Source: Nitrososphaerota archaeon
GTDB lineage: Archaea > Thermoproteota > Nitrososphaeria_A > Caldarchaeales > Caldarchaeaceae
DNA: 64,000 nucleotides
Direction: 5' to 3'
Assembly (NCBI GenBank): GCA_041641305.1
Contig: JBEPYN010000003.1
Span: 34,518 to 98,517, forward strand
Every line of letters begins with the position of its first letter. Positions within the stretch are counted from its first letter, which is position 1. The notes beneath the pieces are model-generated. The model was not told the origin of the DNA. It ran no database searches and worked only from the letters and a program-made list of their open reading frames with translations. Position numbers and translations under genes: made by a program. This document shows, piece after piece, positions 45,257 through 55,257 of this stretch.

Positions 45257-46000
45257 TTGAAGATACCCAAAACCGAGGAGCTCATCCCGCTTCTCAGGGC
45301 GATGGTTGCGACAGAGCTTGTCACAACATATGGTTTGAAGAAGGCGGAGGTTGCGCGTCTTCTCTCCATAACCCCGCAGGCTGTCACCCAGTATGTCAAG
45401 GGTGTGAGAGCAGGGGGCCGCCGAACCGCTCTCTCTCAACAACGCATCAGAGAAATGGTGAGGGAATATGCTGGAAAAATTGCTTTCAGGCAGAGGCCCG
45501 CCACCGAGACCGAGCTTCTCGACCTCGCGTACGAAGCACTGATGATCCTAAGCAAGCCTTCTTCAAATGAGGAGACTATCCCAGAAGAAGCAAAGAGCCA
45601 AGCTCTACGTGTTCTCAGAAACCGTCTCGCCGCCGAGCAGGAGGCCGCCGAGCTTTTCCTCAACGAGGCGATAAAAGCGAAAGACGAGATGGTTAGCCTA
45701 TTGTTTAGACAAATCGCGTCAGACAGCATCAGACACGCCGACATAGTGCAGACAACCATATCAGCCATCGAGAAGAATTTCTCGGGAAGCATCTTGCCAG
45801 ACCCCGAGCGTCTCCAAATGCTTCGGCAACATGAGGAGAAAAGCCATACACAAGGGTTCGATGCCGTGAAACAATTACTGAAAAACGATGTTCTCAAGAT
45901 TTTGCTCGACTCAATAGATGCCGACGAGGCTAAGCATGACATGATTATCGAGAAGCTCGCGGAACTCAGCGCGAGACAGCTGAAGCAGCCAGTCTCTTAG
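45257..46000 (+). CDS. HTH transcription regulator (COG2522-like) fused to a ferritin/rubrerythrin-like domain
   Basis: LRAMVATELV..YGLKKAEVARLLSITPQAVTQYVKGVR HTH, then helices with EQEAAE, DSIRH, EEKSH, DEAKH. Start set at TTG 45257. Confidence 0.75.
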   Translation: MKIPKTEELIPLLRAMVATELVTTYGLKKAEVARLLSITPQAVTQYVKGVRAGGRRTALSQQRIREMVREYAGKIAFRQRPATETELLDLAYEALMILSKPSSNEETIPEEAKSQALRVLRNRLAAEQEAAELFLNEAIKAKDEMVSLLFRQIASDSIRHADIVQTTISAIEKNFSGSILPDPERLQMLRQHEEKSHTQGFDAVKQLLKNDVLKILLDSIDADEAKHDMIIEKLAELSARQLKQPVS

Positions 46001-46799
46001 CCACAAAAGCCGCGAAGAATATTGTTGTAGCCGTTAAAGCGATCGTTCCACCCGAGCTGGCTGCAAGATAGAATGATAGGTAGAGGCCGATTATTGCTGA
46101 CGTTATGCCGACGGCGATGGATATGATGAACATTTGGGGGAGATTTTTGGCAAGGAGCTGGGCTGTCGCCCCAGGCGTTATCAATAGCGCGACGACGAGG
46201 ATTATGCCAACCGTTTGCAGCGACGCGATTACGGCCAAAGATATCATAACCATAAGAGTGTGGTGGAGAATGTTGGAGGGTAATCCCACCACCGAGGCGA
46301 ACACGGGGTCGAAGGTGTAGGCGACGATTTCTTTAAGAAAGAGGCCGAAGAAAAGGAGAACAACGGCGGCGACAGCTGCGGTAAGCTGAAGCTCCTCTGT
46401 CGAGACTGCGAGGACGTTTCCAAACAGGATGTGGAAAACATCAAGAGTTGGTCTAAGCTTGCTTATCGCGACGAGGCCGAGTGCGAACGCGCCTGTCAGA
46501 ACTATGCCGATGGCTGTGTCGTTTCTCACACGTGTCTTCTGCTCTATGAAGCCAATGGCGAGCGAGGATACTACGCCTGCCAAGGCTCCGCCAAGCGTAA
46601 GTGGAATGTTGAAGACAGCAGCCGCGGCTAATCCAGGTAACACTGCATGTGATATGGCGTCTCCGAGAAGGGCCCAGCCTCTTAGGACAATTACGACGCT
46701 GAGTGTGGATGCTAGTATGCCTACCGCGATTGATGTGATGAATGCTGACTGCATGAAGCGGTAGGTGAGCGGCTCGAGGAAAAGCTCGGTTAACGCCAT
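45966..46799 (-). CDS. Mn/Fe/Zn ABC permease (ABC-3 family)
   Basis: LLGDAISHAVLPG, FDPVFA, VGIILVVALLITPGATA. Confidence 0.93.
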   Translation of the reverse strand: MALTELFLEPLTYRFMQSAFITSIAVGILASTLSVVIVLRGWALLGDAISHAVLPGLAAAAVFNIPLTLGGALAGVVSSLAIGFIEQKTRVRNDTAIGIVLTGAFALGLVAISKLRPTLDVFHILFGNVLAVSTEELQLTAAVAAVVLLFFGLFLKEIVAYTFDPVFASVVGLPSNILHHTLMVMISLAVIASLQTVGIILVVALLITPGATAQLLAKNLPQMFIISIAVGITSAIIGLYLSFYLAASSGGTIALTATTIFFAAFVAKRLAASAVSR

Positions 46800-47548
46800 C
46801 CCGCAACCCTCCTGATATCCGTTAGATGCATGGCGACGCGTTCACTGCCGTATGCTGCTGCTAGGTTTTCGGCTGTTAGAACTTTTTCGGGTGGCCCAAA
46901 GGCTATCACACGGTTTCTGAGTAGGAGTATGTTGTCGAAGAATTCGAAGGTGCTGCTGAGGTCGTGTGTGGTCATTATCACTGTTTTGCCAACCCGTCGA
47001 AGCTCGCTCAAGATGTCGAAGAGCCTGTCCTCTGATTCGGCGTCTATGCCTGTGAGTGGTTCATCCAATAGGTAGATCTCCGCTTCTTGGGCTATGGCTC
47101 TCGCTATGAAGACCCGCTGTTGCTGCCCACCCGAAAGCTCCGAGATTTTCCTATGCATTAAACCGGTTAGTCCGGTTTTCTCCAAAGCGGCCAACACATT
47201 CTCATCATCTTTCTTCACACTATGTAGATAGCCTACACCCCTTATTCTGCCCATGGCCACGACATCCCACACCGTCAACGGATAGTCCCAGTAAACCTCC
47301 TCCCTTTGGGGGACGTAGGCTATTTTTCCACGCGCCTCTGAGACATCGAGTCCATGTATTTTGATGACACCTTTCTGCGGCTTGACAAGTCCGACAAGAG
47401 CTTTGAAAAGGCTGCTTTTTCCCGAGCCATTTGGCCCAACTACCGCCGTTATCGAGCCACGGGATATTTTGAATGAAACATCCTCAAGGGCGGTAATCCT
47501 CTCGTAGGCAACAGTTAATCCATCCACATTGACAGCTTCGTTCAACAA
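46790..47548 (-). CDS. Mn/Fe/Zn ABC ATPase
   Basis: GPNGSGKS, YVPQ, LSGGQQQRVFIARA, LLDEP. Confidence 0.93.
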   Translation of the reverse strand: MLNEAVNVDGLTVAYERITALEDVSFKISRGSITAVVGPNGSGKSSLFKALVGLVKPQKGVIKIHGLDVSEARGKIAYVPQREEVYWDYPLTVWDVVAMGRIRGVGYLHSVKKDDENVLAALEKTGLTGLMHRKISELSGGQQQRVFIARAIAQEAEIYLLDEPLTGIDAESEDRLFDILSELRRVGKTVIMTTHDLSSTFEFFDNILLLRNRVIAFGPPEKVLTAENLAAAYGSERVAMHLTDIRRVAGWR

Positions 47549-48471
47549 CTCTTCATCAACTCCGCGACAATTGTTTCAACATTCACCTTCATCATGGAGA
47601 CGTAAGTCTCGGCGCCTGAACCGCGTGGCCCCACGCCGTCAACGTACAGCGGCCCAGCCAACCTTCCACCAGTCTCCCGTATAAGCGAGTCCAGAAGCCT
47701 GCTGGAAAGAGTTGATTCGACAAAGAAGACACACACCCCGAGCTGCTTCACCTTCTCAACTGCTTGAACCATATCTATGGGGGATGGTTCAATTTCCGTG
47801 GCTATAGAGTAGAAGTATGCGCCTACGCGGAATCCGTAAGCTCTTGCAAAATACTGGAAAGCGTTTTCCTGTGTGACAAGTACTCGTTTCTTCTGTGGAA
47901 GTTGCGATACGGTTTCCCTAATCCATTTGTCGAGCGCCTCCAGTTCCCATATATATGCTGCTGCGTTTGCTCTGTAGGTTTCGGCGTTGCCAGGGTCTTG
48001 TCTGATGAATATGTCTCTGATGCGTTCGACATATTTTATCGCGAGGTTTACGTCCATCCACATGTGCGGGTCTTCTTTTCCGGCGTAGGGGCCGTCGGGA
48101 ACCTTGAGCAGATAAGGCTCCAGCCCCTCCGTTACCCTGTGTAGCTTCTCCATGTTCTGACTGCTGAGGAGCTTAACCGCCCATGTATCGATCGCGAAGC
48201 CGTTGTAGAGGATCACAGCCGCTTTTGCGGCTTTGACCATGTCCTCGGGTGTCGGCTCATATGTGTGTGGGCTTTGCCCCGGTGCAACCAAGCACTCCAC
48301 ATCCCAAAGCTCACCCACAACGTTTCGGGTGAGATCACAGATTATCGAGGTGGTCGCCAGCGCCAGCCTCTGCTCAGCAGCCTCAGGGACCATGTAATGT
48401 GGGGAGACAAGCCCCAGGGCCAAGACAAAAATGGATGCGGCTAATAGAAGCCTTGATTCGGGGAATATCAT
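47542..48471 (-). CDS. TroA/PsaA-type metal-binding protein (His/His/Glu/Asp ligand set, Mn/Fe-type)
   Basis: SPHTYEP, DPHMW, TQENAF, LYVDG. No His-rich ZnuA loop. Confidence 0.9.
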   Translation of the reverse strand: MIFPESRLLLAASIFVLALGLVSPHYMVPEAAEQRLALATTSIICDLTRNVVGELWDVECLVAPGQSPHTYEPTPEDMVKAAKAAVILYNGFAIDTWAVKLLSSQNMEKLHRVTEGLEPYLLKVPDGPYAGKEDPHMWMDVNLAIKYVERIRDIFIRQDPGNAETYRANAAAYIWELEALDKWIRETVSQLPQKKRVLVTQENAFQYFARAYGFRVGAYFYSIATEIEPSPIDMVQAVEKVKQLGVCVFFVESTLSSRLLDSLIRETGGRLAGPLYVDGVGPRGSGAETYVSMMKVNVETIVAELMKSC

Positions 48472-48485
48472 TTTCTCCGTCCTTT

Positions 48486-48509
48486 TTTAGCCTAGGCTAA
48501 ATTTAGCCT
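48486..48509. promoter_or_regulatory. Candidate DtxR/MntR-family operator upstream of the metal ABC operon
   Basis: Perfect palindrome TTTAGCCTAGGCTAAA at 48486-48501, overlapping a second perfect palindrome AGGCTAAATTTAGCCT at 48494-48509, about 15 bp before the start codon. Confidence 0.7.
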
Positions 48510-48570
48510 TATCTCAAAACCATGGAAGACCTTAATAAATCCAGCAATAAACCATCTCCGAAGCAGAACC

Positions 48571-49719
48571 TTGAGCACAGTAACCAAATATGTTATAGAG
48601 GCTCGGATTGAAGTGGACGGTCCAGTTGACAAAAACGATGTGGTAGGCGCTGTTTTCGGGCAGACGGAGGGTATTTTCAGCTCAGAACTCGACTTACGGG
48701 AGCTGCAGAAAACCGGCCGCATCGGCAGAATCGAGATAAACGTCAACACACAGGGTAACAAGGCCGTGGGCAAAATCATAGTCCCCACGAGCCTCGACAA
48801 ATACACAACATCCCTGATAGCCGCGATGATAGAGTCAATCGACAGAGTCGGACCATATCAGGCACGAGCAGTCATAGAAAAGATAGAGGACACAAGGCTC
48901 GAGAAAAGAAAACGCATAATCGAAAGAGCCAAGGAGATTCTCGCGAACTGGGAGAAGCAGAAGGTGCCTGAGAACGACCTTATTCTCCGGGAGCTTGAAG
49001 ACGCGATAGTCAAGACAAAGGTCTCCGAATACGGCCCCGAGAAGCTTCCAGCGGGCCCCGAGGTAGACTCGTCCGACGAGCTAATTATAGTCGAGGGGAG
49101 AGCAGACGTCATCAACCTACTGAGATACGGTTACAAAAACACCATAGCTGTCGAGGGGGTTAAGATTCCCAAATCCATCGCAGGCTTGACGCGGAGGAAA
49201 AAACATGTTATCGCGTTTCTTGACGGTGACAGAGGAGGCGACCTTATCCTGCAGGAGCTTCTCCAAAACTGTAAGATAGACGCAGTCGCGAGAGCGCCCT
49301 ACGGGAAAGAGGTTGAGCAACTGACTGCGAGAGAGATTCATGAGGCCCTTGAACACGCGGTCCCGCCCTCAGAGGCCTTGCGAGCAAAGGAAATCGCTGC
49401 GGGGGGCGAGAGGAAAACTATTCCATCCGAGTTAAAGAATTATGTGAAACAGGTTGACGGCACGCTCTCGGCTGTTTTGCTTGACCAGAACTTTAACGAG
49501 ATACAGCGTATGCCTGTGAGCGAGCTTGTGGCTAAGTTTGGGGAGCACAGAGATGCGAAGTATGTGGTTTTCGACGGTGTGGTGACTCAGAGGCTTGTCG
49601 ACATGGCTGCGTCCCTCGAGAGCGATGTCTATCTCGTGGGGGCGCGTGTAGGCGATATTCAGAACAAGCCTCCAAACGTTCACATCTACACTACCAGCGA
49701 GCTAATCAACGCGTCTTAG
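48571..49719 (+). CDS. dnaG: Archaeal DnaG (primase-like, exosome-associated)
   Basis: DVVGAVFGQTEG, LRELQKTGRIGRI, IIVEGRADV, AFLDGDRGG TOPRIM. Confidence 0.96.
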   Translation: MSTVTKYVIEARIEVDGPVDKNDVVGAVFGQTEGIFSSELDLRELQKTGRIGRIEINVNTQGNKAVGKIIVPTSLDKYTTSLIAAMIESIDRVGPYQARAVIEKIEDTRLEKRKRIIERAKEILANWEKQKVPENDLILRELEDAIVKTKVSEYGPEKLPAGPEVDSSDELIIVEGRADVINLLRYGYKNTIAVEGVKIPKSIAGLTRRKKHVIAFLDGDRGGDLILQELLQNCKIDAVARAPYGKEVEQLTAREIHEALEHAVPPSEALRAKEIAAGGERKTIPSELKNYVKQVDGTLSAVLLDQNFNEIQRMPVSELVAKFGEHRDAKYVVFDGVVTQRLVDMAASLESDVYLVGARVGDIQNKPPNVHIYTTSELINAS

Positions 49720-50781
49720 TACCGTGGGATCAACTGGATAGCGTAGGAAGGCAGCCACTCCACCCAACCCATTAAGCTTATCCGCGGCCTCAGACCCCGT
49801 TGAGATGACGCGAACAGAAGCGCCAAAGGCCTCGGCCCCGTCTATCAACTCCCACACATTCTTATCCATGTGTTTGCTCCAGAGAAAATCCTCCGAGACC
49901 AAAACTTTCTCAACCGCGCCCATTCGCAGGGCGTTGAGTGTCTCCACAAACCCGAGAGAGGCTTTCCCAGGCTCCGTAGCCAGCACACGCATCAGCTCCT
50001 CTACATCCAAAACGTCAGCCACAGCCTTGACCTCTTCACCGAGCTCACGCAGCATGCCTCCGCGCATCAGCTCTGAGACACCGGCGTGGTCTGTTGTTGA
50101 GACAAACCCCGTCTTCTTGACCCGCTGATACAGGTTTGGTTTCTCACGTTTAAGATAGGTGATAAACTCGTCTACGGTGATTGAGGGGCCGAACACATAC
50201 ACATCACCAGCGTCTCCGAGCTTTTCGGCGGCGGCTGCGTAGATTTTCTGAAGAGCTTTCTGCCTCTGCTCAGGCTCCCTCTTCCCCTCGACAACGGCTT
50301 CATGAAAAATCACACGCATCCCCGATGGCTCGGCGCGGTAAACCCCCAAGCTCTCGTCATCGACCAAAACCAGCGCAACACCTTTTTTAACACCGGGTTC
50401 TCTGTAGTATCTCGCCATAGCCTCTAGCCGTGGAAAACTTTTCCTACTCTCCACCGTGAGCTCGTCGCCCACCGAAACGTGTATGCTGTGATGCTTCCCC
50501 ACAAGGCCCAGCTCCCTGCTCTCAAACCTGATAACCCCAAGAAGGTCCAGCCTCTTCAGCATGGGGTCTAGGCTTTTCTCCGCGACCTCGACACCCAGCT
50601 CAACAACCACGCGGACGCTGTCCACACTGCCATCACGCCTCTCCTTCTTCAGCTCCCTGCTCGTAACGGCGTAAACAACATCACCCGGCTCCAAAACACG
50701 GTAAACATTCAAAAGATCAAGAGTAGACTCGGGAACAACCGTCACCAAACGCTTCAAAGGACTGATTTTAACAACCCTCAA
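49702..50781 (-). CDS. pelA: mRNA surveillance protein pelota
   Basis: PESTLDL..YRVLEPGD, GKHHSI, GAVEKVLVS, LNGLGGVAAFLRYP. Confidence 0.92.
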   Translation of the reverse strand: MRVVKISPLKRLVTVVPESTLDLLNVYRVLEPGDVVYAVTSRELKKERRDGSVDSVRVVVELGVEVAEKSLDPMLKRLDLLGVIRFESRELGLVGKHHSIHVSVGDELTVESRKSFPRLEAMARYYREPGVKKGVALVLVDDESLGVYRAEPSGMRVIFHEAVVEGKREPEQRQKALQKIYAAAAEKLGDAGDVYVFGPSITVDEFITYLKREKPNLYQRVKKTGFVSTTDHAGVSELMRGGMLRELGEEVKAVADVLDVEELMRVLATEPGKASLGFVETLNALRMGAVEKVLVSEDFLWSKHMDKNVWELIDGAEAFGASVRVISTGSEAADKLNGLGGVAAFLRYPVDPTVLRRVD

Positions 50782-50865
50782 ACCAGCTCCCCATTAACAA
50801 CCACATGCATCTACATTTAGAGCCGTGGCGCGTATTTTATAAGGGCTTAAGATCCATAAAGTCCC

Positions 50866-51570
50866 ATGTATAGAATCGGCTTGATTATCCCTTCCTCAAA
50901 CACGACCATGGAAAGGGAGTTTTGGGACACCCTACATGGGTATGCTACGATACATACGGGGCGTGTTTTTCTGGAGAATGTGCGGGTTTCCGAGTTGAAC
51001 GAGTTGGAGGATGAAGCGGTTGAGGAGGCGCGTAAACTGGTGACAGCAGGGGTTAACATCCTCGTTTATGGCTGTACAAGCGGAAGCTTCGTCAGAGGCC
51101 CTGAGCAATACAGAGCCATAGAGGAGAAGCTTGAGAAACTGGGTAAGCCAGCCGTCGCGACATCGGGGGCTGTGTGCAGAGCGCTTACCCATTTGGGGGC
51201 GAGGAAAATATCCCTCATCACACCATATACAAAAGACATCACAGAGGCTGAGAGGGTTTTCCTGAACAAACACGGGTTCGAAGTCCTATCTGTTTTTCAC
51301 GCATCCATTGTATCCAACACCGATATTGGCATGGTGAAGGATGATGAAGTAGCTGAATGGGCTGTGGAGAACACTCATCCCGACTCCGACGCCGTCTTCA
51401 TAAGCTGCACAAACCTAAGCACCTTCAAAGCCATCAAAAAAATAGAGGAAAAAACAGGAAAACCAGTCGTTTCAAGCAACTCCGCGACACTATGGAACTT
51501 GTTGTGGAGACTTGGCTCAGAGATTGAGATACCTCACCTAGCTAAATTGTTTGTGAAGAAGCTCGGCTGA
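50866..51570 (+). CDS. Maleate cis-trans isomerase / Asp-Glu racemase superfamily protein
   Basis: IGLIIPSSNTTMEREF, YGCTSGS, TPY, ISCTNL, PVVSSNSA. Confidence 0.88.
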   Translation: MYRIGLIIPSSNTTMEREFWDTLHGYATIHTGRVFLENVRVSELNELEDEAVEEARKLVTAGVNILVYGCTSGSFVRGPEQYRAIEEKLEKLGKPAVATSGAVCRALTHLGARKISLITPYTKDITEAERVFLNKHGFEVLSVFHASIVSNTDIGMVKDDEVAEWAVENTHPDSDAVFISCTNLSTFKAIKKIEEKTGKPVVSSNSATLWNLLWRLGSEIEIPHLAKLFVKKLG

Positions 51571-51586
51571 AAAATGGTGTAGAAGC

Positions 51587-53638
51587 TTGGCGCGGATTGT
51601 CGCCGCTGTTGATGTTGGGGGAACATTCACCGACTTGGTTGCCGTCGACGAGGAAAATGGAGAGTTTTACACGGTTAAGACCCGTAGCACGCCTAAGCGG
51701 CCCGAGGAAGGCTTCCTCGAGGCTGTGAAAAATCTTCTGGAGAAATTTTCACCACAGGATTTTGATCTCATCATACATGTCAACACCATCGGCACCAATC
51801 TTTTCAGAGGCCAGCTTGGTCTCGCGATGCCTGTTGTCGCACTCGTCACCACGAAAGGCTTTAGAGATGTTGTGGAGATAGGTAGGCAAAACAGGCCCGA
51901 GCTTTACAACATCTTCTACAGAAGACCTGACCCTATAGTGCCTCGTGAGAGAAGGTTTGAGGTTGATGAGAGGGTGGATGGGAAAGGAGCTGTGCTGAAG
52001 ATGGTTGATGAAAAGGAGCTGGAGACTTTAGCTGTCCTCATGAGTAAAGTCGGTGTCGAATCAGTCGCGGTATCCTTCCTAAACAGCTACAAAAACCCCG
52101 TCAACGAGAAAAAGGCCAAAGAGGGGCTCAGCCGATACCTGAAAGCCATGGTTTTCGCGTCTTATGAAGTGGATCCGGAGCATCGCGAATATGAGAGAAC
52201 GAGCACGACGGTGGTTAACGCTGCTCTGGCCCCTGTTGTCTCTAGATACATTGCCTCCGTTAGAAAGGGGCTCGAGGAATTGGGTATCGTCTGCCCTGTT
52301 CAGATCATGAGCTCTGCGGGTGGTCTCGTCGATGTGGAGGAGGCTGTCCACAGGCCCGTTGCATGTATCGAGTCAGGTCCTGCGGCGGGTGTGATTGGCG
52401 CCGCCAAAATTGCGGAAGCAACTGGTTACCGGCGGGTTATCAGCTTTGACATGGGTGGAACGACTGCCAAGGCTGGTGTAGTGGTGGATGGTCTTCCCAC
52501 AACAGTTCCTGAGATAGAGGTGGGTGGACGTGTTCACATGGGCCGCGTAATCAAGGGAAGCGGCTACCCAGTGCGTTTCCCGTCGATAGACCTTGCGGAG
52601 GTTAGCGCAGGCGGCGGAACCATAATACAGGCATCTAAATCAGGTGGGCTTCAGGTTGGGCCCCTCAGCGCCGGAGCCGACCCAGGCCCCGCATGCTACG
52701 GTCTCGGAGGAAAAGAGCCGACCATAACAGACGCCAACCACCTTCTCGGCAGAGTCGAGCACCTGCTCGGAGGCAAAATCAAGCTGAACACCAGTTTGGC
52801 TGAAGCTGCGATGAAGAATGTGGCGACCAAATTAGGCCTATCTGTTACTGAGGTAGCGTGGAACTCTCTCGTGCTAGCAAACCTGCAGATGGCTAGAGCT
52901 GTTCACCTGGTTACTCTCGAAAGGGGCCTCGACCCGTCAGAGTTTACTCTCGTAGCTTTCGGCGGTGCAGGGCCTATGCACGCGGCCGAACTCGCTGAAC
53001 AGATAGGGGTTTCCACTGTAGTCATCCCACCTAGTCCCGGACTTTTCTCCTCAATGGGTCTGTTGGTGACAGACATGAAATACAGCTACGTCAAAGGATT
53101 TGTCAAGGTTCTTGAGAAAAGGGACGAGGAGGTTATAGAGCAGCTGTTTAAAGAGATGGAGGTTTATGCAATCAATCATCTGAGCAAAAGGATTGAGCTG
53201 AAAAATTACAGGGTAGTCAGGACTATTGACCTCAGGTATCTTGGACAGGGCTATGAGATTGAGGTTGAGACATCAAGGCCCTTCAAGCTGGATGAAGCAT
53301 GCTCAAAATTTGAGGAGCTTCACTCGGCGACATACGGCTACCTACACAGCGGCGAACCAATCGAATCAACCGCGCTAAGACTCTACATCATCATCCCAAC
53401 CAAGAGAACAACCTTTCCGAAAACAACGAGACGCAGAAGTGAATCAGCCAGAAGCACCCGCAGCGTGTATTTTAGAGAAGGTTTTATTGAAACGCCTGTG
53501 GTTTGGAGAGAGTCGCTTGACAACGGTTACGAGGCCGAGGGGCCTCTCATCGTGGAGGAATATGATTCTACAACAGTTGTTCCTCCGGGGTGGCGAGTTC
53601 ATGTGGATGAAAGCGGCTGCATGGTGATGAAGCGATGA
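51587..53638 (+). CDS. hyuA: Hydantoinase/5-oxoprolinase subunit A
   Basis: DVGGTFTD, REYERTSTTVVNA, ESGPAAG, DMGGTT, SAGADPGPACYG, FGGAGPMH. Confidence 0.93.
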   Translation: MARIVAAVDVGGTFTDLVAVDEENGEFYTVKTRSTPKRPEEGFLEAVKNLLEKFSPQDFDLIIHVNTIGTNLFRGQLGLAMPVVALVTTKGFRDVVEIGRQNRPELYNIFYRRPDPIVPRERRFEVDERVDGKGAVLKMVDEKELETLAVLMSKVGVESVAVSFLNSYKNPVNEKKAKEGLSRYLKAMVFASYEVDPEHREYERTSTTVVNAALAPVVSRYIASVRKGLEELGIVCPVQIMSSAGGLVDVEEAVHRPVACIESGPAAGVIGAAKIAEATGYRRVISFDMGGTTAKAGVVVDGLPTTVPEIEVGGRVHMGRVIKGSGYPVRFPSIDLAEVSAGGGTIIQASKSGGLQVGPLSAGADPGPACYGLGGKEPTITDANHLLGRVEHLLGGKIKLNTSLAEAAMKNVATKLGLSVTEVAWNSLVLANLQMARAVHLVTLERGLDPSEFTLVAFGGAGPMHAAELAEQIGVSTVVIPPSPGLFSSMGLLVTDMKYSYVKGFVKVLEKRDEEVIEQLFKEMEVYAINHLSKRIELKNYRVVRTIDLRYLGQGYEIEVETSRPFKLDEACSKFEELHSATYGYLHSGEPIESTALRLYIIIPTKRTTFPKTTRRRSESARSTRSVYFREGFIETPVVWRESLDNGYEAEGPLIVEEYDSTTVVPPGWRVHVDESGCMVMKR

Positions 53639-55197
53639 GCTTAGCGGTTGAAGTGGTTAAACACAGCCTAATCTACACATCGGAGGAGATGGGGGTAGCT
53701 CTCCGCAAATCAGCATTTTCACCCAACATCAGGGAAAGGGCTGACCACAGCTGCGCCATCCTCGATTGGCAGGGCCGTCTCATCGGACAGGCTGAACACA
53801 TACCCGTTCACATCGGCTCTCTCCCCCTAGGGCTCAAAAACACACTCACATATCTCGAGAAAAAAGGTGTAGAGGTTTCACTCGGAGACATGTATGTCCT
53901 CAACGACCCATACATCGCCGGAACACATCTCAACGACATCACAACAATCAGGCCCATATTCTACCACGGGCAGCTCGTCGCATACGTTGCCAATAAGGCC
54001 CATCACGTAGACGTCGGAGGCATAGACCCCTCAAGCATCTCCATAAGAGCCGAGACACTGCTCCAAGAAGGGATAGTAATCCCGCCGGTAAAGCTTATGC
54101 GTGAAAACAAACTCGTTGAAGAAGTCCTCGAGATATTGAGGAGCAACACAAGAATGCCTGACATTACTTTGGGTGACCTCCGTGCACAGATAGCTGCAAA
54201 CCTCATGGGTGAAAAGAAAATTCTCGACCTTATTGAGAGAGTGTCGCTTCAAGTTTTCAAGAATGCCGTGGAACAAATCATAGAAATGACAAATAACTAT
54301 GTCAAAATGGAGATTGACCAGCTTCCGCACGGCAAGGCTGTCGGCGAAGATTATCTGGAGCTTGATGACAGAGACCTACGTATTAGGGCCACAGTTGAGG
54401 TTAATCCCAGAGGCTTTAGGGTGAATTTCGACGGCACAGACAAGCAGGTCAGCAAACCCCTCAACGCCGTCCTTGGGGTGACAACGGCAGCGACAACCTA
54501 CACCCTCCGAACACTCCTCGGCCCCGAAGTATTGCTCAACGAAGGATTCATCAAGACAATATCGATTGAGGCGCCTCAGGGCACGTTGGTCAACCCCGTG
54601 AAGCCTGCGCCGGTCGCGGCCGGGAACCTCGAAACCAGCCAAAGAATAGTTGACACTATTTACAGGGCTCTTGCGGAGATTATGCCGGGCAGAATTCCGG
54701 CGGCAAGCACAGGGAGCATGAACAACCTCATGATGGGCGGCATCCACCCTGAAACAGGCAGGACGTGGGCTTTCTACGAGACCATAGGCGGCGGAGGGGG
54801 AGCACGTCCTGGAATGGACGGTGTCGACGGTATACACTGCCACATGACAAACACCCTCAACACCCCCATAGAAGTAATCGAGAACTATTACCCGGTGCTG
54901 TTCATGTCATATAGGTTTAGGGACGGAAGCGGGGGAGAAGGCATGTGGCGAGGCGGTATGGGGATAGAGAGAAGCTTCAAAGCGCTTGCATCCATCCACG
55001 TGGCCATCATGGGGGACCGCGGACGTCATAGGCCATGGGGCCTGAATGGAGGAGGAGAGGGCGCGGCCAGCGAATATCTTGTCAGAAAAGCAGACGGCCA
55101 AACCATTAGACTCCGGTCAAAAGACGTGACGACTCTGAACCCCGGCGAGGCACTTGTCATAAGAACGGCTGGGGGCGGTGGATACGGGACAAGATAG
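53635..55197 (+). CDS. hyuB: Hydantoinase/5-oxoprolinase subunit B
   Basis: SPNIRERADHSC, NDPYIAGTHLND, HHVDVGG, NTLNTPIEVIE, TAGGGGYG. Confidence 0.93.
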   Translation: MSLAVEVVKHSLIYTSEEMGVALRKSAFSPNIRERADHSCAILDWQGRLIGQAEHIPVHIGSLPLGLKNTLTYLEKKGVEVSLGDMYVLNDPYIAGTHLNDITTIRPIFYHGQLVAYVANKAHHVDVGGIDPSSISIRAETLLQEGIVIPPVKLMRENKLVEEVLEILRSNTRMPDITLGDLRAQIAANLMGEKKILDLIERVSLQVFKNAVEQIIEMTNNYVKMEIDQLPHGKAVGEDYLELDDRDLRIRATVEVNPRGFRVNFDGTDKQVSKPLNAVLGVTTAATTYTLRTLLGPEVLLNEGFIKTISIEAPQGTLVNPVKPAPVAAGNLETSQRIVDTIYRALAEIMPGRIPAASTGSMNNLMMGGIHPETGRTWAFYETIGGGGGARPGMDGVDGIHCHMTNTLNTPIEVIENYYPVLFMSYRFRDGSGGEGMWRGGMGIERSFKALASIHVAIMGDRGRHRPWGLNGGGEGAASEYLVRKADGQTIRLRSKDVTTLNPGEALVIRTAGGGGYGTR

Positions 55198-55257
55198 CCG
55201 CCTCGGCTCATGCTTGGCGTGGAATTTAATAACGGGCTTTCGGGTGAAGTATGCGGA

